Below, in pieces: positions 27,681 to 35,641 of a DNA stretch of 35,641 nt. How positions within the stretch are numbered: position 1 is the stretch's first letter; each line of letters begins with the position of its first letter. The DNA is from Candidatus Heimdallarchaeota archaeon (GTDB lineage: Archaea; Asgardarchaeota; Heimdallarchaeia; Heimdallarchaeales; Kariarchaeaceae), in assembly GCA_015523565.1 (NCBI GenBank), contig WAKA01000044.1, forward strand, positions 1 to 35,641, in the 5' to 3' direction. The position numbers and the translations under genes were made by a program. A model generated the notes under the pieces. The model did no database searches. It was not told the DNA's origin and saw only the letters and a list, made by a program, of their open reading frames with translations.

Positions 27681-28656
27681 CAACTTCCATTCCGAAATGT
27701 CGACCTCGCCTTTGATGGACTCCTAAAACAGTATTGCCTACCGCAAGGTCCTTTACGCTGACTGCCTTATTAGGGGTTATAAAACGTACTGTCTCGGCAT
27801 CCTGAACGATAATCGGTGCTTCATCTTCTTCATACTTCAGTTTAACCAACACCATTGGGCGACGTTCAATTTTCACACGACACACAAGCTCTTCTCTTGT
27901 CTTTCCATCTTTTGAAACAATCATCACCTTTTTTCCAGCTTTCAGCTCAGAGAGGTAGTTTGTTTTCTCTGAATTCAAGACATATGCCGCAATTGCCCCT
28001 GCATTTACCCTAAACGGTCGGGATGCAACATAACCTGTTTCTTCCACTTCTGCCTCAATCAATGCAAACAATTTGCTGGTATTGCCAATCAAAAGTCCTT
28101 CCCCTTTCTGTAGCACTGCACAGGTATCGACACAAACACGGTCTGCTGTACCTATTTTTTTGACCTCTGTTATTTCCAATTCGACAAGGGGGATTGAACT
28201 CCCCTGCAATGGACTTATATGGTTCAACATTTCAACAATCGTTTCTTTTTCTCCTTCCAGCAGTACAATGTCTACACCTAATTCGAGAATTGATTCCATC
28301 AGTTGCAGGTCTTCCAAAGAGTGGGCTATTGATCCAACCATTGTCTTTGCATCATGGAATTTTGCAATGACATTTTCAAGTGGAATGATTTTCCAATCAG
28401 TTGTTTCAAAGACAACAAACTCCAGTGTATCAGAGGCTTCCAATTCCATAGCCTGTTCCATGTCTACTTGATCTTTTATCTGGAAATGAAGACCGATTTG
28501 TTCATTGGACGTGTTGAGGTAACGGTTCCCTTCACGAACTATCCTTTTTGGCACTTCATTTGCTGAAATAACTCCAACAATAATGTCACCATATCTGTCA
28601 AGGATCATTTGAACTGTATTTCCGTCCAAATGTTCTCCATTTATTATCGCTTTCAT
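27658..28656 (-). CDS. aroB': 3-dehydroquinate synthase II (archaeal AroB')
   Basis: DWKIIPLEN, DRVCVDTC, RPFRVNAG, YLSEL, KIERRP, QDAETVR, GRHFG. Confidence 0.93.
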   Translation of the reverse strand: MKAIINGEHLDGNTVQMILDRYGDIIVGVISANEVPKRIVREGNRYLNTSNEQIGLHFQIKDQVDMEQAMELEASDTLEFVVFETTDWKIIPLENVIAKFHDAKTMVGSIAHSLEDLQLMESILELGVDIVLLEGEKETIVEMLNHISPLQGSSIPLVELEITEVKKIGTADRVCVDTCAVLQKGEGLLIGNTSKLFALIEAEVEETGYVASRPFRVNAGAIAAYVLNSEKTNYLSELKAGKKVMIVSKDGKTREELVCRVKIERRPMVLVKLKYEEDEAPIIVQDAETVRFITPNKAVSVKDLAVGNTVLGVHQRRGRHFGMEVDEYIEEH

Positions 28657-29432
28657 GCTCTCTCCTTCATCGCATTTCTTACAACAGCAACAATTTTCTC
28701 TGTTGCAACTTTGGGGTCATCCGCCTGAAAAATATTCCGACCGATGGAAATCCCGTCGGCTCCATTCAATATGCATTGCTCAACAGTTTTAAGAAATTGT
28801 TGGAAATTCCCTGTCTTTGCACCGCCCGCTATGACAACGGGGATATCGATACCTTGTGTCACTTGGTCAAAATCCTCCCCATTTGGTGTGGCATTGATTT
28901 TGACAATGTCCGCCCCCGATTCTTGGGCAATTCTCGCAATATGTGCCAACGCCTCTGGTGATGTATCATCAATCCCTTCATCATTTCTTGCATACATCAT
29001 GGCAAGCAAAGGCATACCATACCTGTCTGCTTCATTTGCAACCTTCCCTAGATCATATATCATCTCCTTGTCGCCTGTGGCTCCAACATTCACATGAACT
29101 GAAACTCCGTCTGCCCCCAGCCTTACAACCTCTTCAACTGTTGAGGTCAAGACTTTTTGATTGCTATGAGGTGACCTGCTTACTGATGCGGAAATATGAA
29201 CCATCATCCCTTTTAGATTTTGAAGGGATGTCAAAACCCGAAGATTTCCCTTATGTACTATAACTGTGGACGCCCCTCCAGAAAATACACTGTTGACTGT
29301 ATTTTTCAGGGTGTCAATCCCTTTGATTGGACCCATTGTAAACCCATGATCTAATGGCACTGCTATGATTGCCCCAGATATGGGGTCTATTAAATGACGG
29401 AAACGCAATCTCTTTCCAATATTCTGAAACAT
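28653..29432 (-). CDS. aroA': 2-amino-3,7-dideoxy-D-threo-hept-6-ulosonate synthase (AroA', DhnA-type class I aldolase)
   Basis: PLDHG.TMGP, HKG, ADGVSVHVN, AMMYAR, GADIVK Schiff-base Lys, AGG, GRNIFQ; lies directly upstream of aroB'. Confidence 0.88.
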   Translation of the reverse strand: MFQNIGKRLRFRHLIDPISGAIIAVPLDHGFTMGPIKGIDTLKNTVNSVFSGGASTVIVHKGNLRVLTSLQNLKGMMVHISASVSRSPHSNQKVLTSTVEEVVRLGADGVSVHVNVGATGDKEMIYDLGKVANEADRYGMPLLAMMYARNDEGIDDTSPEALAHIARIAQESGADIVKINATPNGEDFDQVTQGIDIPVVIAGGAKTGNFQQFLKTVEQCILNGADGISIGRNIFQADDPKVATEKIVAVVRNAMKERA

Positions 29433-29454
29433 ACAATTCTGTCTCAGATAGGTG

Positions 29455-29470
29455 CATAAATAATTTTATG
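29455..29470 (-). promoter_or_regulatory. TATA-like element / short palindrome upstream of the aro operon
   Basis: CATAAA-TAAT-TTTATG; the minus strand reads AAATTATTTATG about 25 nt before the aroA' ATG, consistent with a leaderless archaeal promoter. Confidence 0.4.
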
Positions 29471-29486
29471 GGTTGGGTTAAGGTGG

Positions 29487-30956
29487 TCATCCCCCTTTTT
29501 TAGGGGTTTCCGATTGCGAATTCCGATTTTTTAGGATCATTCCCCTTAATTTCTTTCGAATGATCTTTCCTGTGCTTGTTTTTGGCAGGGAATCCAAAAA
29601 AATTATCTCTCGTGGTTTCTTGAAACTTCCCAAGCTCTTTTTTGTGGATTCAACAATTTCCATTTTCAAATGATCCAAGTCTCTGCCCTTTGCAGGAACG
29701 ACTATTGCAACAACAATTTCCCCCCATTCTTCTTCTGGAATCCCAATGACACAAGCCTCCTTGATACCTTCAATAGTCTGCAAATGTGCTTCAATCTCTG
29801 CAGGATATATGTTCTCACCTCCACATACAATTAAGTCATTCCTCCTACCTAGTGTAAAAAGCAAACCATTCTCAATATAGCCTATATCTCCTGTATGAAG
29901 CCATCCCTCTTTGTCGATTGCTTTTTCAGTAGATTCCTGATCTTTATAATATCCTTTCATGACACAAGGTCCCCTTACAAGTATCTCACCTTGTGTGTTG
30001 GTTGAATTTGCAATAGTGATCTCCATTCCTTCTATTGGCTTTCCCACTGTCTGGGGGTATTTCTTTACTTCATCGGGAATTGCAGTTGCCACTTGTGACG
30101 CGGCTTCTGTCAATCCATAAGTTGTATAAAGGTTGATTGAATTCTCCAACGCCATCTTTGCCAGTGATTCTGTGGTTTTTGCCCCTCCCAACAGCAATAC
30201 TCTCAATTGTGACAAAATTCCCCCAAACCCATTTCTCAAATATCGATAAAGCATGGTGGGAACCAATGATAAAATTGTGGCTTTTTGGTTTGAAATTGCC
30301 CATTGTAAATTGGAAATTTCTGCATTTTTAACGAGTACTACAGTAATTCCATAAATGGCTGTTCTAAAAACAATACTTATCCCTCCCACATGGTAAAGAG
30401 GAAGCGATAATACCCATTTATCCGAATCTGTTATCCTTAAACGGGTTTTAGACCCAACCGCATTGTGAAATATATTTCCCATTGTCAGACATGCCGCTTT
30501 GGATTTTCCAGTTGTCCCTGATGTAAAAAATATGAACTGTGCCAAAGAATCCGCAAAATTTGAAATGGGCTCCCCATTATATTTTAAAAAAGCCCCTTTT
30601 ATGTCCTGCATTTGTATCTGTTTAATTCCTGGAATTGCAAGTTCCCTGTCCGTCACTAGAATTGATGTATCTGTTTGTTTCAATTGGTCTTCAATCTGTC
30701 TTGTTGCAAGTCGATAGTTAATCGGAATGATAGTTGTCCCTAATCTGGCAAGTGCATGAATTAAAAGAATGTAGGTGACATTGTTTTTTGAAAAAATTGC
30801 AACATGCATTTTTTTGGAAATCCCATTATCCATCAAAAAATCCATTATTCCCCTTACATACGTTTCTGCCTGATAGTATGTGATGATTGTATCTGACGAG
30901 ACGATGTATTGCTTCTCTGGCATCTTGACTGAGGCTTGGAATAGCCATTCTGTCAT
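29487..30956 (-). CDS. menE: o-succinylbenzoate-CoA ligase (MenE-like acyl-CoA synthetase)
   Basis: FTSGTTGKSK, LPLYHVGG, SLVPTML, LLGG, YGLTEAASQ, TGDIG, GGENIYP.EIE, EWG, GKI. Confidence 0.82.
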   Translation of the reverse strand: MTEWLFQASVKMPEKQYIVSSDTIITYYQAETYVRGIMDFLMDNGISKKMHVAIFSKNNVTYILLIHALARLGTTIIPINYRLATRQIEDQLKQTDTSILVTDRELAIPGIKQIQMQDIKGAFLKYNGEPISNFADSLAQFIFFTSGTTGKSKAACLTMGNIFHNAVGSKTRLRITDSDKWVLSLPLYHVGGISIVFRTAIYGITVVLVKNAEISNLQWAISNQKATILSLVPTMLYRYLRNGFGGILSQLRVLLLGGAKTTESLAKMALENSINLYTTYGLTEAASQVATAIPDEVKKYPQTVGKPIEGMEITIANSTNTQGEILVRGPCVMKGYYKDQESTEKAIDKEGWLHTGDIGYIENGLLFTLGRRNDLIVCGGENIYPAEIEAHLQTIEGIKEACVIGIPEEEWGEIVVAIVVPAKGRDLDHLKMEIVESTKKSLGSFKKPREIIFLDSLPKTSTGKIIRKKLRGMILKNRNSQSETPKKGG

Positions 30957-31064
30957 TAGACCAACTTAGCAATCACACTTTGAATGTCTTTTTATTCATT
31001 CACTTAACTTTTTGTCAATACAATTGTGATTAGAGTTAAATGTAATAAAAATATAGGGCTACTT

Positions 31065-33857
31065 ATGCCAACAGTCTGGATACTTGATGTGCCGTATCCA
31101 GAAACAATATTGGATGTAAAGCCCTACACGGCAGAAACTGTAATCAGACCAGAGGACTTTCTCGTCTTTTCCCCCTCAAAGTGGGTCGAAATCAAACGTA
31201 TCTTTGCTGGTCAAAAGCAATCAAGAGGTTTCGTTCTTTCTCCAGTTCCTGATGAAATAATGCGGCAAATTTTTGAAACCACTGGCATCATTAAACCTAT
31301 TTCATTGGAAATCCTGACCAATAACTTTGATGATTATGTTGTCTCACAATTCTTCAATAACACACATATTCAATCAATTGAAACTCTCCCCATAGCAATT
31401 GTCACATTTGATCTTCGTCAATTCATGGAATTTGTTTTTTCATTGAATTTTGAAAATTCAGAAAAAATGGTCGCTTATTTAAAACTCCATCCACAAGTTG
31501 TTGAACTTGCCGCCAAACAACTGAGAATTCTTCACGTCAACCAAAATGCATGTCGACTCTACGAAGCTGGCAGTGCAAAGGAATTAATTGATTATCTGTC
31601 CCAGAATTTTCACACATATGAAAACAGTAGTACTATTGAACTGATGCGTATTGTCAAAAACAAAAGATACCATGACTATGATGTATTCACAAAAATAAGA
31701 ACCATCAAAGGAAACATCAAAATTATCCGTGTGAATTGGCTTTCTGAGTCTTGCTTTCCTGCATTCGCCTCTACCGTGCTTTTAGATATCACAAATCAGG
31801 AATTGATGCTAAACGAGCTTCGAACTGAACTTCAGGCATTTTATACTTTCTTCGACAACAGCCCCATGGCAATAAGTATTGTTGATCAATCTGGCAAGTT
31901 TATTTTTGTGAATAAAGAATTCTCAAATCTTCTTGGGTATGAATCGGATATGTTGATTGGAAGAAACTTTATTGAGTTCACCCACCCCAATTTCATTGAG
32001 GAAGACTTTCAAATCCATCAGAAAATAATCAACGAAAAACTGGACGAAACAGAGCTAATCAAGAAATATATCAGGAGGACAGGAGAGGAAATATGGGCAC
32101 GATTAAAGGTTAGAGGCATTAATGACCTGAAAAACGGGAATAGGCTTTCCATTGCCATAATTGAAGACATTACCGACCAAAAAATTGTTGAGGAGGCCCT
32201 TGAACAGGGGGATCTGCAATATCAGTTCTTATTTGACAATGCACCTGTTGGACTGATTGAAATAACGATAACGGAAAACCAACTAAATGAGCAAACAATT
32301 AAAATTACCTCAATCAACAAAGCTGGAAGGGACATTTTTGGATTGAACATGGTTGATGATGATTTCGAAACAATCTCATCAGAACTTCTTACCACACACC
32401 CTGAGTTTTTTCATCAAGTTCTCTCCAGAATGGTAGAAACTAAAAATTTAGATGATACAATCCAATTCAATTACAAAAAGAAAAACGGACTTTTACAGTT
32501 TAAGGTGCAAGGAGTGTTCTTGCCTTCAATTTTCCCAGACCAACGAAGGCTGGTGCTATATTTTACCGATGTGACTTTGGAATATTCACTAATTAATGAA
32601 TATGAAATTCTCAATTCATTCAATGAGATATTGGCTCGATCTTCCTTTGAAAAAGAGGAGCTGTTTAGAAGAACTGGTGAATTCCTTATCTCTATTTTTG
32701 ACAGTACTATAATGTTTATCCTTAAACACCCACATGGTGGATTTAGTGTTGAAACACTTATGAAAAAAAGTGATGGAATCGAAGAAGTCCGTCCATTCAA
32801 ACAGGGTGTTTTCTATGAATTTCCATTATTTGAAACAGTGCTGGAGAAAAATGAGGTGTTGGTCAGAAAGCTTGGTGAAGGTCAGTTAGAACCATTGGTC
32901 GGGTTAGATGTAGTAAATATCATGGAAAGGGATGTTTATTCCATATTTGCCGCGCCATTTTCTGAAGAAAGTGGATCTATTGGGGTCATTGTAATGTTTA
33001 ACCATTCCCCCAACCTACTATCTGAACTGAATACCCGAAAATTTGAAAGCATTGTTGACTTATTTGACTTGACTTATTCGAAATTCAAAATTCTCGAAAA
33101 CCTTCAATCAGAACTCAACCTTCGCATGCTTGCAGAACAAAAATTAATGGAACAGGCAGAAAAACTTTCCTCTTTAAATGAGGATTTGGAGCAGTTCGTC
33201 TATGCCGCATCACATGACATCCAAGAGCCATTAAGGACAATCATCACGTATTTAGACCTAATTTCTTCAAGATTGCAAATCGATGAAAAATCTGAAACAT
33301 ATCGCTTTTTCCAAACTGTCATCAATTCCACTAAAAGATTACGGAACTTGATAACCGATTTAAGAAACTACTCCCTTATTGGAAGGGAAAAATTGCAGTT
33401 TGACACGTTTCCATTGGGAATTCCTGTTAGATACGCAATCAATAACCTATATTCCCTGATCAAGGAAAAAAATGCAAAGGTAAACTTGAAAAACCCAAAT
33501 GCAAGAATATACGGAAACTTATCACTTATGACAACTCTTTTTCAAAACCTAATTTCAAATGGCATAAAGTTTAATGAATCACAAATTCCAACAATTGATA
33601 TTTATGTTGAGGATGACAACCAAATGCTCAAGCTCATTTTTGAGGATAACGGCATTGGAATTCCTGAAGACCAAAAAGATAAAATTTTCAAAGTTCTGAA
33701 AAGGCTGCACCCCAGTAGCAAGTATGAGGGGAGTGGCATGGGGCTCGCCATTTCCCAAAAAATTATTCAGGTACATAATGGCAAAATTGAAGTTGAAACG
33801 CGGAATGATGGAACAAGGTTTATTCTTTATCTACCAAGAGATGATAATAATGGTTGA
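31065..33857 (+). CDS. Soluble multi-PAS/GAF sensor histidine kinase
   Basis: PAS/PAC repeats (FDNSPMAI..VN..LGY..EDITDQK; FDNAPVG), H-box FVYAASHDIQEPLR, N-box QNLISNGIKF, DNGIGI, GSGMGLAI. No TM segment seen. Start ATG 31065 (ORF track starts at 31026). Confidence 0.93.
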   Translation: MPTVWILDVPYPETILDVKPYTAETVIRPEDFLVFSPSKWVEIKRIFAGQKQSRGFVLSPVPDEIMRQIFETTGIIKPISLEILTNNFDDYVVSQFFNNTHIQSIETLPIAIVTFDLRQFMEFVFSLNFENSEKMVAYLKLHPQVVELAAKQLRILHVNQNACRLYEAGSAKELIDYLSQNFHTYENSSTIELMRIVKNKRYHDYDVFTKIRTIKGNIKIIRVNWLSESCFPAFASTVLLDITNQELMLNELRTELQAFYTFFDNSPMAISIVDQSGKFIFVNKEFSNLLGYESDMLIGRNFIEFTHPNFIEEDFQIHQKIINEKLDETELIKKYIRRTGEEIWARLKVRGINDLKNGNRLSIAIIEDITDQKIVEEALEQGDLQYQFLFDNAPVGLIEITITENQLNEQTIKITSINKAGRDIFGLNMVDDDFETISSELLTTHPEFFHQVLSRMVETKNLDDTIQFNYKKKNGLLQFKVQGVFLPSIFPDQRRLVLYFTDVTLEYSLINEYEILNSFNEILARSSFEKEELFRRTGEFLISIFDSTIMFILKHPHGGFSVETLMKKSDGIEEVRPFKQGVFYEFPLFETVLEKNEVLVRKLGEGQLEPLVGLDVVNIMERDVYSIFAAPFSEESGSIGVIVMFNHSPNLLSELNTRKFESIVDLFDLTYSKFKILENLQSELNLRMLAEQKLMEQAEKLSSLNEDLEQFVYAASHDIQEPLRTIITYLDLISSRLQIDEKSETYRFFQTVINSTKRLRNLITDLRNYSLIGREKLQFDTFPLGIPVRYAINNLYSLIKEKNAKVNLKNPNARIYGNLSLMTTLFQNLISNGIKFNESQIPTIDIYVEDDNQMLKLIFEDNGIGIPEDQKDKIFKVLKRLHPSSKYEGSGMGLAISQKIIQVHNGKIEVETRNDGTRFILYLPRDDNNG

Positions 33858-35109
33858 AATCTATAAATTTGGTGGGGCTTGTTTCAAGACACCTCAAACA
33901 ATGCAACAGACAATCAATATCATATTAGATGATCCAAAACCCTTGGTTGTTGTTGTCTCTGCATTTTTTGGCGTGACAGACCTGCTTCATCAAATCTTGG
34001 ATCTCAAATCCAAGGATATCCTTAAGGGAAAATTAATTGAACTGAAAAATCAAATTGAAAGTGTTCTAGTTTCCCCTCTAAAAGAAAAAGAGCGACATGA
34101 ATTTGAAGAATATCTGCAAAAGCTGGAATCATTGCTTTTAGGGAAAATCTATGCGGGGTTATTAACGGCTCGTGTCAAAGATACCATTCTTTCCTTTGGC
34201 GAAAAAATCTCTGCATTCCTTCTTGCCAGCATGCTTCAATATTATGAGCATGATGTGTTGCTTGTTGATCCCAAAACTTTTCTGATCACTGATGGGAATT
34301 TTTATGAGGCATCCGTTGATTTACCTCAATCTGAAAAGTTGGCACAAAAGACACTTACCCCCTATATAAATGAACATCAAATCATTTTGGTTCCTGGTTA
34401 TTATGGTGCAAATGAAAAAGGCGAAATCACATTGCTTGGTCGGTCTGGAACTGATTACTCTGCCGCTTGCATTGCAAATATATTGCAGGCAAAATCCTTG
34501 ACGATTTGGAAAGACGTTCCCGGATTCATGTCCGCAGATCCAAAAATAGTTCCAAATGCAAAAAGACTGTCATCCATGGATTATGAGACCGCTGCATTGT
34601 TAACATTTTATGGTGCAAAATTAATACATCCAAAGGCACTTGAACCATTGAAGTCCAAAAACATCCCCTTGATAATTCGGGATTTCCAAAATCTTTCATC
34701 CAAAACAACGATTCTTCCCGTATCTATAGGAACGGGTCCCGTCATTTCTTTCATGGAAGGATTGGTTGAAGTCTCTTGTTCATATCCCGAAACCAATGCA
34801 TCCCTTGAAAAACTTGGGGACATTGTTTCATCCTTCCAATTTCCCATATACTACTCTGGTATCATTGGATCAAAACTGATACTTGTCATCTCTCACCAGC
34901 ATTTGAAATACTTGCCCCTTGATGAATACCTTGAAGTCAATCCAATCTCTGCAGTACTTCTATTGGGTTCTCCGATGGTTGATATGAACTCATCATATGT
35001 TTCTGCCATCAAGGGAAATGGAAACATACTTTTTCTTTGTAGACCTAACGAAATGTTGAATCTCATCATGGAATTGCATAATATTCCTGAAAATAAAAAT
35101 AAAAATTAA
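33850..35109 (+). CDS. lysC: Aspartate kinase
   Basis: KFGG, VVVSA..GVTD.L, SFGE, LGRSGTDYSA, WKDVPG.MSADP, GAKLIHP. True start is ATG 33850 (or 33841), not 33724. Confidence 0.9.
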   Translation: MVEIYKFGGACFKTPQTMQQTINIILDDPKPLVVVVSAFFGVTDLLHQILDLKSKDILKGKLIELKNQIESVLVSPLKEKERHEFEEYLQKLESLLLGKIYAGLLTARVKDTILSFGEKISAFLLASMLQYYEHDVLLVDPKTFLITDGNFYEASVDLPQSEKLAQKTLTPYINEHQIILVPGYYGANEKGEITLLGRSGTDYSAACIANILQAKSLTIWKDVPGFMSADPKIVPNAKRLSSMDYETAALLTFYGAKLIHPKALEPLKSKNIPLIIRDFQNLSSKTTILPVSIGTGPVISFMEGLVEVSCSYPETNASLEKLGDIVSSFQFPIYYSGIIGSKLILVISHQHLKYLPLDEYLEVNPISAVLLLGSPMVDMNSSYVSAIKGNGNILFLCRPNEMLNLIMELHNIPENKNKN

Positions 35110-35156
35110 ACAATCCTTCCAAAATGGTTTTTACCAATGGATACTAAATTAACAAA

Positions 35157-35567
35157 ATGCAAGATGACTCGCCTCAAATCGTGTTTATTGAAGATAAATC
35201 TGAAGATATCCTATTGATTGAAGAAGGATTTAGGCAGCTTGACATCAATCCCAACACAAAATTTTTCCAAAAAGGCCGGGACGCTCTGGAATTCCTTGCA
35301 ACAACTCCGGAAACGCCAAAATTAATTGTACTGGATCTAAATCTGCCTGAGCTCGATGGTCGTGAGGTCTTGGTTCAACTCAGAAAAATGAAAAAACTTA
35401 TGTCTGTCCCTATTGTAGTCTTTTCAACTTCCAACTCAAAATCCGATATCGAATTTTGCTATGCAAAATGTGCCAACTCATATATCGTAAAACCAGTTGG
35501 ATTTAGCGGTTTATTGGATGTCTTATCTTTGCTTTTTAATTATTGGGTTCTCTTGAACGAAAATTAA
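35157..35567 (+). CDS. Single-domain response regulator (CheY-like, Rcp1 type)
   Basis: IED, LDLNLP (phospho-Asp), DGREVL, FSTS, ANSYIVKP, YW. Confidence 0.93.
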   Translation: MQDDSPQIVFIEDKSEDILLIEEGFRQLDINPNTKFFQKGRDALEFLATTPETPKLIVLDLNLPELDGREVLVQLRKMKKLMSVPIVVFSTSNSKSDIEFCYAKCANSYIVKPVGFSGLLDVLSLLFNYWVLLNEN

Positions 35568-35641
35568 ATACTATCTTATGTATATTGTGTGGGAACAGAA
35601 AATTTATTATAATTCTTTTATTTGTTTAATTAGGTATATTG

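Noticed and set aside
28653-29432. Glycolytic class I fructose-bisphosphate aldolase
   Set aside because: Same family, but direct coupling to aroB' and the presence of asd in the operon favour ADH synthase; a dual role is not excluded.
33724-33849. N-terminal extension of aspartate kinase overlapping the histidine kinase
   Set aside because: The KFGG motif normally sits a few residues from the start; ATG 33850 gives a normal short overlap.
31065-33857. Phytochrome or LOV photoreceptor (Cph1/Rcp1-like kinase-receiver pair; NACRLY)
   Set aside because: No GxNCRFLQ LOV motif and no PAS-GAF-PHY DIP/PRxSF motifs; only the kinase core is of that class.

Overview
Densely coding archaeal chromosomal window. 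The lineage is most likely Asgard/Heimdallarchaeia-like, inferred from the archaeal-type shikimate pathway, TATA-like boxes about 20-30 nt before leaderless starts, and longin/DENN-like, V4R and RING-type domains. From left to right it holds: a truncated ketopantoate reductase; PadR plus Hsp20 divergent from a UbiE/MenG methyltransferase; an MFS transporter and a polysaccharide deacetylase; a 9-gene de novo purine operon (purC-purS fusion, purQ, purL, purE, purM, folD, purN, purF, purD); an accessory block at about 14.5-22 kb; a complete archaeal aspartate-semialdehyde-to-chorismate operon (aroA', aroB', aroD-aroE fusion, GHMP aroK, aroA, aroC, asd) preceded by menE; and a PAS histidine kinase / aspartate kinase / response regulator trio. 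The two best novelty candidates lie in the accessory block. (1) A Dna2-like Fe-S nuclease-SF1 helicase with a duplicated Cys motif and a C-terminal RING-type finger. (2) A five-gene operon pairing a longin/DENN-like protein with two V4R (Bet3/TRAPP-fold) proteins and two small unknown proteins. No rRNA, tRNA, CRISPR array or mobile element was seen. All domain calls come from motif recognition by eye; no searches were run.
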